Shown here piece after piece: positions 9,200 through 17,887 of a DNA stretch of 64,000 nucleotides. Source of the stretch: Klebsiella phage vB_KpnM_VPA32; the sequence record OP558005.1; one strand, given 5' to 3'. A program made the translations under genes and the position numbers. Under the pieces are notes generated by a model that saw only the letters and a program-made list of their open reading frames with translations, was not told where the DNA came from and ran no database searches. Numbering within the stretch: the first letter of the stretch is position 1; each line of letters opens with the position of its first letter.

Positions 9200-9533
9200 T
9201 GACGGCCTCCGACCACTTTTTAGTTTTAAGATGAAGTTGACGATTTAACTCTTCTGTAACTGCCAGAGCAACTTCTTCATGAGAAGCTCCATGCATATTT
9301 TCGCGCATGTGGAGCCAAAGAGCATCGATTACGCAATTAATTACATCAGCGCATTCACCCGCAAAGATTTCTTTCTGACGGTGCGGACGATTAATCCAGT
9401 CGCACATTTCACCAGTTTCAGAAGAAAGCTGTAGCATAACAGATGTAATGTTGCGCCATGGTTTACGTTCGGTATAATTAGCCGAAACACGAAGTACTGG
9501 AGTAATATCTAATACTTGCATTATTTCTTCCAT
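9186..9533 (-). CDS. MazG-like nucleotide pyrophosphohydrolase-like protein
   Basis: 115 aa; E-x-GE and GECADVINCVIDAL resemble MazG/all-alpha NTP-PPase helices. Confidence 0.45.
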   Translation of the reverse strand: MEEIMQVLDITPVLRVSANYTERKPWRNITSVMLQLSSETGEMCDWINRPHRQKEIFAGECADVINCVIDALWLHMRENMHGASHEEVALAVTEELNRQLHLKTKKWSEAVNAIV

Positions 9534-10198
9534 TTCATGGTTTTAAGAATTTCAATAGCTTTCTTGCGTTCAGATTCGCTTTCGATTTTGAACACCATCA
9601 CGCCTTCAACTTCTGCGTTCCACTCTTCAGCTTCAGAAATATTTTCAATCTCATCTTCAAGAGTCATTTCTTCATCTTCGAAAAAGTGTTCGTTAATAAA
9701 CCCTGGATGAACCACGTCAAAATATTTAAGTTCAGATTTAACTAAAGCGAAATTAAGCACTTGAAGAGTTCCAAGTCTATCAGTGAATGAAATTTTCTTA
9801 GTGCGAGAATAACCGCAATCGTAATCAACAGCTTCTACTTTAAAAGGATTAGTTCCTACACTTAAAGCCCAGCGCTTATTGATTGGGCTAAGAGCAATAA
9901 AAGAATGCAAATCTTTGCAACGATATACTGTTCCTGGAACCCATTCCGAATTTTTTTCAACGACATCGAAATAATCAGATTCTTTAGCGTAAAGATAAAA
10001 GAAACTGGGTGAACGAGTGCCATCAGCCATTACAACTTCGCAGACGTCTTTTTCATCCATAGCCGCAACTGTAAAAGTGCCGCCATGGATTTCAATAAAA
10101 TGACAAATATCTTCGTTTTGTGGCTCTAAATGGACAAATGCTGCAACAAGATTTGGGTTCAACCGATAAGTTAAACCAAGTTTGTATTCTGAAGCCAT
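9521..10198 (-). CDS. hypothetical protein (motB/cef region)
   Basis: 225-aa ORF, acidic C-terminus. Confidence 0.5.
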   Translation of the reverse strand: MASEYKLGLTYRLNPNLVAAFVHLEPQNEDICHFIEIHGGTFTVAAMDEKDVCEVVMADGTRSPSFFYLYAKESDYFDVVEKNSEWVPGTVYRCKDLHSFIALSPINKRWALSVGTNPFKVEAVDYDCGYSRTKKISFTDRLGTLQVLNFALVKSELKYFDVVHPGFINEHFFEDEEMTLEDEIENISEAEEWNAEVEGVMVFKIESESERKKAIEILKTMKWKK

Positions 10199-10416
10199 TA
10201 ATAAGTTTCCTTCCAGTAATCTGTGCCATCTTCAGAGATATGACGGAAAATACCATACAGAGGCATTTCGTCTTTTACATCACCAAAGACATAAACGATT
10301 TGAGTATGGCTCAAATGATCAGTGTGTTCTTTCTGTACGACAACCAAGTCTGGATTATACAGAGTATCTTCAAATTCGTCACGGTTTGAAGCAGTAGTGG
10401 TAGGTTGGTTTTTCAT
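10198..10416 (-). CDS. hypothetical protein
   Basis: 72-aa ORF right after an early promoter; GAGGAG Shine-Dalgarno. Confidence 0.45.
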   Translation of the reverse strand: MKNQPTTTASNRDEFEDTLYNPDLVVVQKEHTDHLSHTQIVYVFGDVKDEMPLYGIFRHISEDGTDYWKETY

Positions 10417-10446
10417 GATTTTCTCCTCATTTGTTTTGATAGGGCT

Positions 10447-10476
10447 ATAGTATCATAGCCCTCTGGAAAAGTAAAC
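10447..10476 (-). promoter_or_regulatory. T4-type early promoter (GTTTAC, 18 nt, TACTAT)
   Basis: Minus-strand GTTTAC at 10471-10476 and TACTAT at 10447-10452; the -10 sits inside palindrome 10441-10462. Confidence 0.55.
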
Positions 10477-10479
10477 GGT

Positions 10480-10917
10480 TTATGCACGGCCTGGACGGTT
10501 GCCATAACTCATCACGTAACCAATATCATCTACTGGAACTACAGCGTATTCACCCATGAACACAACATTGGCTACGATTTTGTCAATATCTTCATCACGA
10601 TAAACCAGAGATACCCAAGCCCCCATACCATTGATTTTCTTACCGCTGGAATTTTCCAGCGCGTTATGCAAATCTACTGAAACTGGTTTACCTTCAAACT
10701 TAGACTTTGCTGTAACAAGCGCAGTGTCAATAGGCTCATTGACTTCAACGAAACGATACTTAGCAGAAATCTTAAAACCGCTTGAACCAAGAGTAGGACC
10801 TGCAACATTAATGATGTACTGACCGCGGGCTACGTTGTCAGAGACAATCCAACCGACCAGACCTTTGTTCTGGCCGCCAATAACTTTTACACTTTTACCA
10901 ATCATTTTACTAGCCAT
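10480..10917 (-). CDS. hypothetical protein with KOW-like N-terminal motif
   Basis: 145 aa; GKSVKVIGGQNKGLVGWIV resembles a KOW motif. Confidence 0.45.
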   Translation of the reverse strand: MASKMIGKSVKVIGGQNKGLVGWIVSDNVARGQYIINVAGPTLGSSGFKISAKYRFVEVNEPIDTALVTAKSKFEGKPVSVDLHNALENSSGKKINGMGAWVSLVYRDEDIDKIVANVVFMGEYAVVPVDDIGYVMSYGNRPGRA

Positions 10918-10972
10918 CTTATCACCTTTTCATTTAAGAGAATTCAATTATATACTGGTTTGTTAAAGCAGA

Positions 10973-11662
10973 TTAACCGCGGCCTTTTGGTAACGACAGA
11001 GGGTCAATTTCATCGCCTTCTGGCGCATCTTCTAAACCAAGAGCATAACGTTGAGCATATTTTAGCATCAAAATGTCTTTAGCACAATCATGAATAGAAT
11101 CATGTGCAATGAAACCGTCCAAGACTCCCTTACGAAGAGGAGTTGTAGTCAAGTCACGAGTCATTAGCAAAGCTTCAATAGCAGTACGAATATCACGTTG
11201 GTTCCAGAATTTACATGGTTCCAGACTAAATGTATCAATATCTTTTTCGGCGATGCCTTTACGAGCTTCGCCTTCGCGGAGAATATCTACGAGAATTGGG
11301 AAGTCGAAAGATTGGCCACGACACCAACCGAAAGATTTCCAAGGGTCTACGCCGTTGTCTTTCAGGAATTGAAGTAACTTATACAGACCTTCTACATGGT
11401 CAATGTCTTGGTCAGAAGGAGCCAAGTTCTTACGAGCTTCTTCGGATTGAGATTTCCACCACTTCATAGTAGAAGCACCGAACAGACGAGTTTTTTGCTG
11501 AGCTCGTAAATCAAACTTCAGTTTCATACCACGATTGACGAGTTCATCAAACGTTTCAACTACTTCTGGGTTCGGGTCAAATACGACTGTCGCCACATCA
11601 ATGACAGCAGAACGAGAGACGTTACCGAACGTCTCCCAGTCAATAATAAAATCTTTAATCAT
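10973..11662 (-). CDS. dexA: exonuclease A
   Basis: 229 aa; FIIDWETFG, DPNPEVVETFDELV, FDFPILVDI, CKFWNQRDIRT, HDSIHDCAKDI match T4 DexA. Confidence 0.88.
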   Translation of the reverse strand: MIKDFIIDWETFGNVSRSAVIDVATVVFDPNPEVVETFDELVNRGMKLKFDLRAQQKTRLFGASTMKWWKSQSEEARKNLAPSDQDIDHVEGLYKLLQFLKDNGVDPWKSFGWCRGQSFDFPILVDILREGEARKGIAEKDIDTFSLEPCKFWNQRDIRTAIEALLMTRDLTTTPLRKGVLDGFIAHDSIHDCAKDILMLKYAQRYALGLEDAPEGDEIDPLSLPKGRG

Positions 11663-11910
11663 GTCATTTCCTTAAATTCACGTAGATTACCTGCTACAAA
11701 TTCCGACAGAGTAATCTTTGGATAATAGCCAGTATACCACGAAATAGCTTTAGCATCTCGGATAATATCATTTAATTCCAACACAATCTGGCTGCCTTTA
11801 ATATTGATTCCGCGCTCAGTTGTAGTAGATGGATTTGACACCATGTTATCTTTGACGCCAGCTACAATAGCCTCTGCGTCTTCAACAGTAATTGTGTACA
11901 TAAGCCTCAC
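11659..11910 (-). CDS. hypothetical protein (dexA.1 position)
   Basis: 83-aa ORF coupled to dda. Confidence 0.45.
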   Translation of the reverse strand: MRLMYTITVEDAEAIVAGVKDNMVSNPSTTTERGINIKGSQIVLELNDIIRDAKAISWYTGYYPKITLSEFVAGNLREFKEMT

Positions 11911-13238
11911 ACATAATAAACATTTTTACGAGCACGAGTTGTGCCAACATAAAGCAGCTGTTGAGCTAATTCAGCATCAGCCATATGAATACACGGAGTG
12001 TAAACATAGCAGTTATCAACAGAAACACCTTGCGCTTTGTGGAAGGTTGAGCATGGAAGTGCTTTCACCTTATGATAACGACGTTTAGCAGCCCAGAAAT
12101 CTTTCCAAGGTGCTTTACCACCTTTATTCCAGTTCTTGTAAGTATCAGCTGCTTTAGCCAAGAAGAATTGGAATTTATTTTGTTCTTGTTCGTCAGCAAT
12201 TACTCTGATAGTTTCACGGTAGTAATCATCTTCTTCACCGTACGTTTCAAGCTCTAAATCCCAATGACGAATCATATATTCGCCTGGAACTCCTTTCGCC
12301 CCAATGAAATCTGAGGATTCTTTGCATGAAAGAATACGAACATATTGACCGTTGTTGAAGATGACCTCAGAGAACTTCTTACCGTCATATTCCAACTCTT
12401 TAATGAGCGGTTCCTGCATCACTACCACTTCACCGACGATAAATGGCTCTTCAGTTTGGAATATTCTTCGACGAATAATAGAGTTCAATTTGTCAACAGA
12501 CTTGTTAGTAAATGCTAGCATCCTGTTTTCAAACATGTCTTCCATAGTTTTGACATTTTCAAAATATGTCATCATGAAATCGCGTAAAGCTGTTTGAGAG
12601 GTGAAGCCATGAACGCCTTCACCGTCAACGAGATGCTCATAAATCCACTCGCCGTTACGAATATCTGTTGCCACCTTTATGATTGGAGCGTTACTTCTCA
12701 TTACCTCGGTGAGATAAAGCTGCTCAAAATCTTTATGAGTGAAGAACGGAGATAGCGCCGGAATAGTGCTGCCAGGTTCCACTGGACGAATCTGAGATTT
12801 ATCACCGATAGCAATAATCAGACACCAACTTGGAACACTTGCCATAATAATCTGGAAAAGCTTACGGTCGTACATTGAAGCTTCGTCACAAATTAAAACT
12901 CGGCATTTAGCCATGTCCGGAACTTCACTTTGTTCGAAGAGCATGTTTTCTTCGTAAGTAGTCGGGTTAATCTTCAGAATGCTATGAATAGTGTTAGCAG
13001 CCATACCCGCAAGCTTACTAAGTACTCGTTTAGCTCCATGAGTAGGAGCAGCCAGCATTACACCCGATACTCCAGTTGAAATCAAATAATTGATGATGAA
13101 CTTTGTCATCGTGGTCTTACCCGTGCCGGCAGGACCATTAATAGTGATGTGACTACCACGTCCAGATTTAATACGTTCAACTACACGATTGAACGTAGCC
13201 TTCTGGCCTTCGTTGAGCATATCAAATGTAATATTCAA
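11907..13238 (-). CDS. dda: Dda DNA helicase (SF1)
   Basis: 443 aa; INGPAGTGKTT Walker A, CRVLICDE; long colinear match to T4 Dda. Confidence 0.92.
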   Translation of the reverse strand: MNITFDMLNEGQKATFNRVVERIKSGRGSHITINGPAGTGKTTMTKFIINYLISTGVSGVMLAAPTHGAKRVLSKLAGMAANTIHSILKINPTTYEENMLFEQSEVPDMAKCRVLICDEASMYDRKLFQIIMASVPSWCLIIAIGDKSQIRPVEPGSTIPALSPFFTHKDFEQLYLTEVMRSNAPIIKVATDIRNGEWIYEHLVDGEGVHGFTSQTALRDFMMTYFENVKTMEDMFENRMLAFTNKSVDKLNSIIRRRIFQTEEPFIVGEVVVMQEPLIKELEYDGKKFSEVIFNNGQYVRILSCKESSDFIGAKGVPGEYMIRHWDLELETYGEEDDYYRETIRVIADEQEQNKFQFFLAKAADTYKNWNKGGKAPWKDFWAAKRRYHKVKALPCSTFHKAQGVSVDNCYVYTPCIHMADAELAQQLLYVGTTRARKNVYYV

Positions 13239-13246
13239 AACTTCTC

Positions 13247-13564
13247 CTACGCGACTTTAACCTTTTTAACTTGCAATGTGTTAATCATTTGTTGCACATT
13301 TCGTCGCTCTTGTTCATTGAGCGGTATATGTTCAATAATATCACGTTTGAAGAAAAGCCATTTTGTTTCTTGGTATTCAACTTTACGCCCATACTTCATC
13401 AGATATTGAAGTTTTCCAAGTTGAGTTCCACAATAACGCTCAGCTGCATATTTACCCGTGAAGATAATACACATTCCAAGTGGGTCTTTATCCCAAGATT
13501 CATAGAACGGAATCTCAAATCCGTCTTTATCTTTTGTAATCAACGCATAGCCATAGTGCATCAC
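13247..13564 (-). CDS. hypothetical protein (dda.1 position)
   Basis: 105-aa ORF. Confidence 0.45.
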   Translation of the reverse strand: MMHYGYALITKDKDGFEIPFYESWDKDPLGMCIIFTGKYAAERYCGTQLGKLQYLMKYGRKVEYQETKWLFFKRDIIEHIPLNEQERRNVQQMINTLQVKKVKVA

Positions 13565-14316
13565 ATTTTACCTCGAATAAGTTGAAACATTGAAGCAGAT
13601 AATGGGAGACCTTTCTTCAGCTTAGCTTTGTCAATTAAAGATAAATTCTGGAAACGAGTCAATCCCTTGATTACTATATCATAATTATGGACAGAATTTT
13701 CTGCTTTTGTAGCCTTTTTGCTTGCAGTTGCAGATTTTGAAGCAAGTTTGTCAGTATTACCAGAAACTTTACGAAGACGTTTAAGCTCAGCTTTACCACC
13801 GGTGATACGGGCTTGTAAAGACTTTTTCACTTCGTCGGTAACACCCTTTTGTTTCATATGTTGTTCGCGTTTAGCGATGTTATTCAAAATAGCCATGTAC
13901 TGCTTATGATACTTTTTAGCAATTCCCGCCAACGGGTCTTCTTCAGATTCTGGTTCTGGTCGCTCAGGAATAACATGACCACCAGCATCTGCTGCACGAA
14001 CAATGCGAGAAGCTAGCTCATCTCGTTTTTCAATCAACTCTTCTAAAGAGAAGTTTCCACGAGCAGAGTTGTACTTCTTCTTAACCGGGATGACATTGCC
14101 TGGCACATATCCTTTGTCATTGTCAAAACGTTCAAGAGTCATCATATCATCGTTGACACCTTCACAGAAGGGTTCACCTGAGTAAGCACACACTTTCTGT
14201 TGAGCAATGTTAGCAAGATACGCCATAGTTAATCCAAAATCTTTTTGACGTCTTGTTGCTGAAGCGTATGTGTTAACTAAACGAGTTGCAACGACAATTT
14301 CTAATGGCTTGGCCAT
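13561..14316 (-). CDS. Srd-like protein (by position); contains a degenerate HNH-like motif
   Basis: 251 aa between dda and modA, as T4 srd; lysine-rich C-terminus; CAYSGEPFC...DNDKGYVPGNV. Confidence 0.45.
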   Translation of the reverse strand: MAKPLEIVVATRLVNTYASATRRQKDFGLTMAYLANIAQQKVCAYSGEPFCEGVNDDMMTLERFDNDKGYVPGNVIPVKKKYNSARGNFSLEELIEKRDELASRIVRAADAGGHVIPERPEPESEEDPLAGIAKKYHKQYMAILNNIAKREQHMKQKGVTDEVKKSLQARITGGKAELKRLRKVSGNTDKLASKSATASKKATKAENSVHNYDIVIKGLTRFQNLSLIDKAKLKKGLPLSASMFQLIRGKM

Positions 14317-14369
14317 ATGATATCCTTATATGCTTTTGCGAAAGTAGCGGTATAATGGTTTCAAGGAGT

Positions 14370-14399
14370 ATTCTATATCATCTGGTTCTGGTTGTAAAC
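14370..14399 (-). promoter_or_regulatory. T4-type early promoter upstream of the srd-like gene
   Basis: GTTTAC at 14394-14399; TAGAAT/TATAGA about 16-18 nt downstream. Confidence 0.45.
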
Positions 14400-14401
14400 G
14401 G

Positions 14402-15079
14402 TCAGAATGAAATAAGTTCTACATGATAAACTGTATGCGTTCCACCTGGATTAAAATCCACATCCTCAATGCTAGTTACTCGGAACTTCGTTCCGATTGG
14501 CATCATCCATTCTTGCTCATCCTGGACCATATTGACTTTATTCTTGCGGTCAATTTTTGCTTGTGGGTCATAAGGTGCAGCGCTGAACTCACAGTTAGGA
14601 GCTGCCAAAAGCAGCTTAAGCATATCTTCTTGATAGTTGTAAGCTACAGTAGGGTTAGACCAGCTGATGATAGTCTTAGTTCCATAACATCCGAAACTAG
14701 CAAAGCTTCTTGCTGTGTTAAAGTCAGTTGAAAAGCTTACAACTTTTTCAGCAGTAAAAATTTCTCCAACTTCGATGTTACAAAGAACATTAAGCATTCG
14801 GTTGTTGACACCACGATAAAGCACTTCAGGAGTAGCAGTTGTCATACGGCGACGAATGATTTTATCCAGCCCGGCGTTTACCCAATCCTCAACTTTATCG
14901 TTTAAACACTTCCATAAAACGGCTTGCTCTTTGTCTGTGAAGAGTTTGTTAACTTCAGATTCAAGCTGCTTACGCTTGAGTTCTTCTGGGTCTTCCCAGT
15001 ACTCATACATTCCACCGGATGGAACTGGAATTGATGATGTGATTTCTACTTCAATGACAGGACTTTGAAATAATGCCAT
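14402..15079 (-). CDS. modA: ADP-ribosyltransferase, ModA/ModB-like
   Basis: R-S-ExE ART triad: LYRGV, SFSTD, QDEQEW; start moved to MALFQ with GGAGG Shine-Dalgarno. Confidence 0.72.
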   Translation of the reverse strand: MALFQSPVIEVEITSSIPVPSGGMYEYWEDPEELKRKQLESEVNKLFTDKEQAVLWKCLNDKVEDWVNAGLDKIIRRRMTTATPEVLYRGVNNRMLNVLCNIEVGEIFTAEKVVSFSTDFNTARSFASFGCYGTKTIISWSNPTVAYNYQEDMLKLLLAAPNCEFSAAPYDPQAKIDRKNKVNMVQDEQEWMMPIGTKFRVTSIEDVDFNPGGTHTVYHVELISF

Positions 15080-15106
15080 GATAACCTCCGTTTGTTTACG
15101 GAAGCT

Positions 15107-15136
15107 ATCATAACATGGAAGAGAAGGGATGTAAAC
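15107..15136 (-). promoter_or_regulatory. T4-type early promoter upstream of modA-like gene
   Basis: GTTTAC 15131-15136, 18-nt spacer, TATGAT 15107-15112. Confidence 0.55.
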
Positions 15137-15138
15137 GG

Positions 15139-15348
15139 TTATTTTGCCCAGGGAGCCCAAGGCGGAGGGTCTGCCCACAACGAGGACAGTTCGTCGCATA
15201 GAGCTTTTGTGTAATCTACCCCATGCTTTTTGAAGATGCTTTCCAACTCTATCGCTATGCTCTGGTCCACCTTCGGACCAGATTTCATATCAAATTCAAC
15301 GTATCCCTTTGGAACGTCTTCCTCAAACATATCGAAAATGTTACTCAA
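15139..15348 (-). CDS. hypothetical protein
   Basis: 69-aa acidic ORF. Confidence 0.4.
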   Translation of the reverse strand: MSNIFDMFEEDVPKGYVEFDMKSGPKVDQSIAIELESIFKKHGVDYTKALCDELSSLWADPPPWAPWAK

Positions 15349-15749
15349 CGTGGTAGTGCCTCCGATTTAGGAGCACCAATGAGATGCCAAATTCCTCTAC
15401 GGAAAAGAATCATATCAAACTGGTCTGTAATCAACCAATTATTAACGTGTGTGGTTCCGTATCCATCTGTGTGCATCATGTTCGGAATTTTTACCGCATC
15501 AATGCTTTTATCACCAAATTTTGGTTCCGGAACGATATCAATCAAGTTTGTTTGTGGAATTTTCCAACCACCAACCAGGAAAGAGTCCTGAACATCAAAT
15601 GGAGAATTTTTAGTTTTTACGTAAGTGTTGTACTCTTTGATAATGACGTTAACACCTTCAGGCCAGCCATTTTTCAACTCGCTTGGGTCAACATTATCGC
15701 GATAGCTAGTTCCATATTCCAAAAATGGATTATAGCAGATAGCTATCAT
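15345..15749 (-). CDS. hypothetical protein
   Basis: ORF 15345..15902 begins with TTG; first in-frame ATG (MIAICY) at 15749; start is uncertain. Confidence 0.4.
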   Translation of the reverse strand: MIAICYNPFLEYGTSYRDNVDPSELKNGWPEGVNVIIKEYNTYVKTKNSPFDVQDSFLVGGWKIPQTNLIDIVPEPKFGDKSIDAVKIPNMMHTDGYGTTHVNNWLITDQFDMILFRRGIWHLIGAPKSEALPR

Positions 15750-15846
15750 AATTTCTCTTCTATAAAGAGGATGTCTTTTGTCCGTGAAAGTTGGAAAATT
15801 GCTTGATACAAATTCTAAACCGAATGTAGTAATTGAGTGTTGTTTA

Positions 15847-16239
15847 TCAGTCACAGCTAAAGCCTCCGCCAGTGTCACAGGATGAATGTGAGGGACTATC
15901 AATATATGAAGTTGTATGTATCATTGGACTATCAGAATAAGATGCTCTAGATGGACTAGAGTAACTCTGGCGATTAACCGGAGTATGAGTAACGCGTCCG
16001 GTGTAAGTCTGTCCATTTTTCTGGACTTTTTCTTTCTTTACGATTACTTCTTCCATCATACCATCGCCCATGTAAATCCATTCACGCTGTTCATTAGCGC
16101 CTTCTTCGTAAGCAACAGCCATGTCATTAGCTCCATACATATGCTGTTTAATGCTTTCATCAAGGCGAGTTTCTTCAACTTTGATTTGAGCATCAGGGCG
16201 AGGATTACCAAATAACCCTCTCACAAAGTTCATAATCAT
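15847..16239 (-). CDS. hypothetical protein
   Basis: ORF begins with TTG; ATG with GGAGA Shine-Dalgarno at 16239; Ser-rich C-terminus. Confidence 0.4.
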   Translation of the reverse strand: MIMNFVRGLFGNPRPDAQIKVEETRLDESIKQHMYGANDMAVAYEEGANEQREWIYMGDGMMEEVIVKKEKVQKNGQTYTGRVTHTPVNRQSYSSPSRASYSDSPMIHTTSYIDSPSHSSCDTGGGFSCD

Positions 16240-16487
16240 CAATATCTCCAATTCAAAAACTGGATGTTAAATACGTTTCTTTTGTAAACACCATCAACTT
16301 TGACTAAATCATAATACAAAACTTCGATAGCACATTCAAGAGATGTTCCAACTTCTCGATAGGCGTGTAACTTAACGTCAACGAAAAAGTCGGTATCAGT
16401 TTCTTTTTCTATGTACTTTAAGCGAACCAAATCACTGATTCCGCCACAATCGCCTACCGGTTTACGCCATGGTGTAGTTTTAACATT
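16239..16487 (-). CDS. hypothetical protein
   Basis: Start moved to MNVKTT with AGAGGA Shine-Dalgarno. Confidence 0.4.
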   Translation of the reverse strand, partial: NVKTTPWRKPVGDCGGISDLVRLKYIEKETDTDFFVDVKLHAYREVGTSLECAIEVLYYDLVKVDGVYKRNVFNIQFLNWRY

Positions 16488-16544
16488 CATAGTATTTTCC
16501 TCTTTTGGTGAAGTCATTATACACTACTCTATAAAAGCAAAAAA

Positions 16545-16564
16545 GGGACTCCCGAAGGAGTCCC
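16545..16564 (-). terminator. intrinsic terminator after soc
   Basis: GGGACUCC-UUCG-GGAGUCCC followed by UUUUUUGCUUUU. Confidence 0.7.
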
Positions 16565-16571
16565 TGCATTA

Positions 16572-16814
16572 TCAATCACCGGAAGCTGGTTCTGGCTTAA
16601 ACAGATTTTCGTTTGCAGTAATCCATGCATCACGCTGATTCTTTTCAAACACTGTTGAATAAGCAGCTTTTTCTGATGGGAACACTTGGTAATGAGAGTT
16701 AGCAACACGATGAACATCAGAATACAGTTCAAATGCTACAGAAATTTCTTTACCTTTAACTTCGCCAGCAGATGTAGTGTGGTCGAAGGTTTTTAAGTTT
16801 ACATAACCGCCCAT
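16572..16814 (-). CDS. soc: small outer capsid protein Soc
   Basis: 80 aa; GYVNLKTF, GKEISVAF.LYSDVH, HYQVFPSEKAAYSTV match T4 Soc; followed by a strong terminator. Confidence 0.88.
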   Translation of the reverse strand: MGGYVNLKTFDHTTSAGEVKGKEISVAFELYSDVHRVANSHYQVFPSEKAAYSTVFEKNQRDAWITANENLFKPEPASGD

Positions 16815-16826
16815 GTGGTTTCTCCT

Positions 16827-17039
16827 TTATTGATTAACAGGATTATTTATAATAAAGCTCTGGTTAACACTAAAATAACCAATTTTAGTCAAAATGACAA
16901 CTTGCCCATTAATAACAACAGGAGAATAATCTTCAGGAGTATTGAATTTCCAATGAGCCCGAATTTCATACCCATCAGAACCGTTTGATGGAGCGGCTGG
17001 TCTCCCAGCCTTCTGCCATGAATAAAAATCAAATACCAT
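16827..17039 (-). CDS. hypothetical protein
   Basis: 70-aa ORF. Confidence 0.4.
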   Translation of the reverse strand: MVFDFYSWQKAGRPAAPSNGSDGYEIRAHWKFNTPEDYSPVVINGQVVILTKIGYFSVNQSFIINNPVNQ

Positions 17040-17557
17040 TAATAGCCTCGTTCTTGACGAGCAAAGTTCTCTGCATTTTTCAGATAATACAGTTTGAATA
17101 CTTCTTCAGCAGTCATGCCAAGAGCCATGATTTTATTCAGGAAGAAGTGCAGTTGGTCAATCAATTCAAATTTAATTTCAAGCTGGTCTTCTGGAGACAA
17201 GTCTTTAATTTTCTTAGCCTGCATTTCTACGTGCTGAGCTTTCCAAGGTTTCCACACAGCAGATGCTGCTTTTTCGCCATTGCTCATACCACCGAGTGCA
17301 GTGTACAGCTCGCGAGTTTCATCTGCAATATAATCATCTTGTGCACGTAACCAAGCAAGAACTTCACCGGCAGTTTCCAGAGAATCTGGATGACGGTTAC
17401 TGAATGGTTTATCTTCAGCCAGTTTAACTTGCAGAGATTTCTGCATATCGAGCATTACTTGTAGAGGGTCTTGACGATTATCAATTACTGCATTATACGC
17501 ACCATTTGCTTGGTCAGCGCCTTCAATCAGATGTGAGCATTCATTAAAGTGAGCCAT
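17039..17557 (-). CDS. 56: dCTPase/dUTPase gp56 (MazG-like dCTP pyrophosphatase)
   Basis: 172 aa, sits upstream of soc and downstream of 61 as in T4; length as T4 gp56 (171 aa). Confidence 0.75.
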   Translation of the reverse strand: MAHFNECSHLIEGADQANGAYNAVIDNRQDPLQVMLDMQKSLQVKLAEDKPFSNRHPDSLETAGEVLAWLRAQDDYIADETRELYTALGGMSNGEKAASAVWKPWKAQHVEMQAKKIKDLSPEDQLEIKFELIDQLHFFLNKIMALGMTAEEVFKLYYLKNAENFARQERGY

Positions 17558-17602
17558 TGTGTTTTCCTTTTATCAAATCAGAAATAAATTATATCATTAA
17601 CT

Positions 17603-17887
17603 TTATTTAGCAACGAATCCAAGTTCTTCAGACATTTTGCGGAATTTTTCCATCTTTTCAAATTTCTTCCAAACTTCTTCTCTGTCTTCTACGAAATCAA
17701 AATCGGTGTGTATTCTCAAATTCAGAAGACACCCCATGATATCATTCAATTCACCAATTAATCGTGCTCTATTAGTCTTGCCTTCATATTCAGAGTCAAT
17801 TCCAAACTGAATAATCTTTGAGCAAAGCATTGCAACTTCATTGCATTCTTCACCCAATTTAAGAAAAGCATGTTGTTCTATATTCAT
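17603..17887 (-). CDS. hypothetical protein (61.x position); no Dam methylase here
   Basis: 94-aa ORF. Confidence 0.45.
   Translation of the reverse strand: MNIEQHAFLKLGEECNEVAMLCSKIIQFGIDSEYEGKTNRARLIGELNDIMGCLLNLRIHTDFDFVEDREEVWKKFEKMEKFRKMSEELGFVAK

Noticed and set aside
16281-16292. GTTTAC at 16281-16292 as another early promoter
   Set aside because: No acceptable -10 at 16-19 nt spacing, and it lies inside a coding region.
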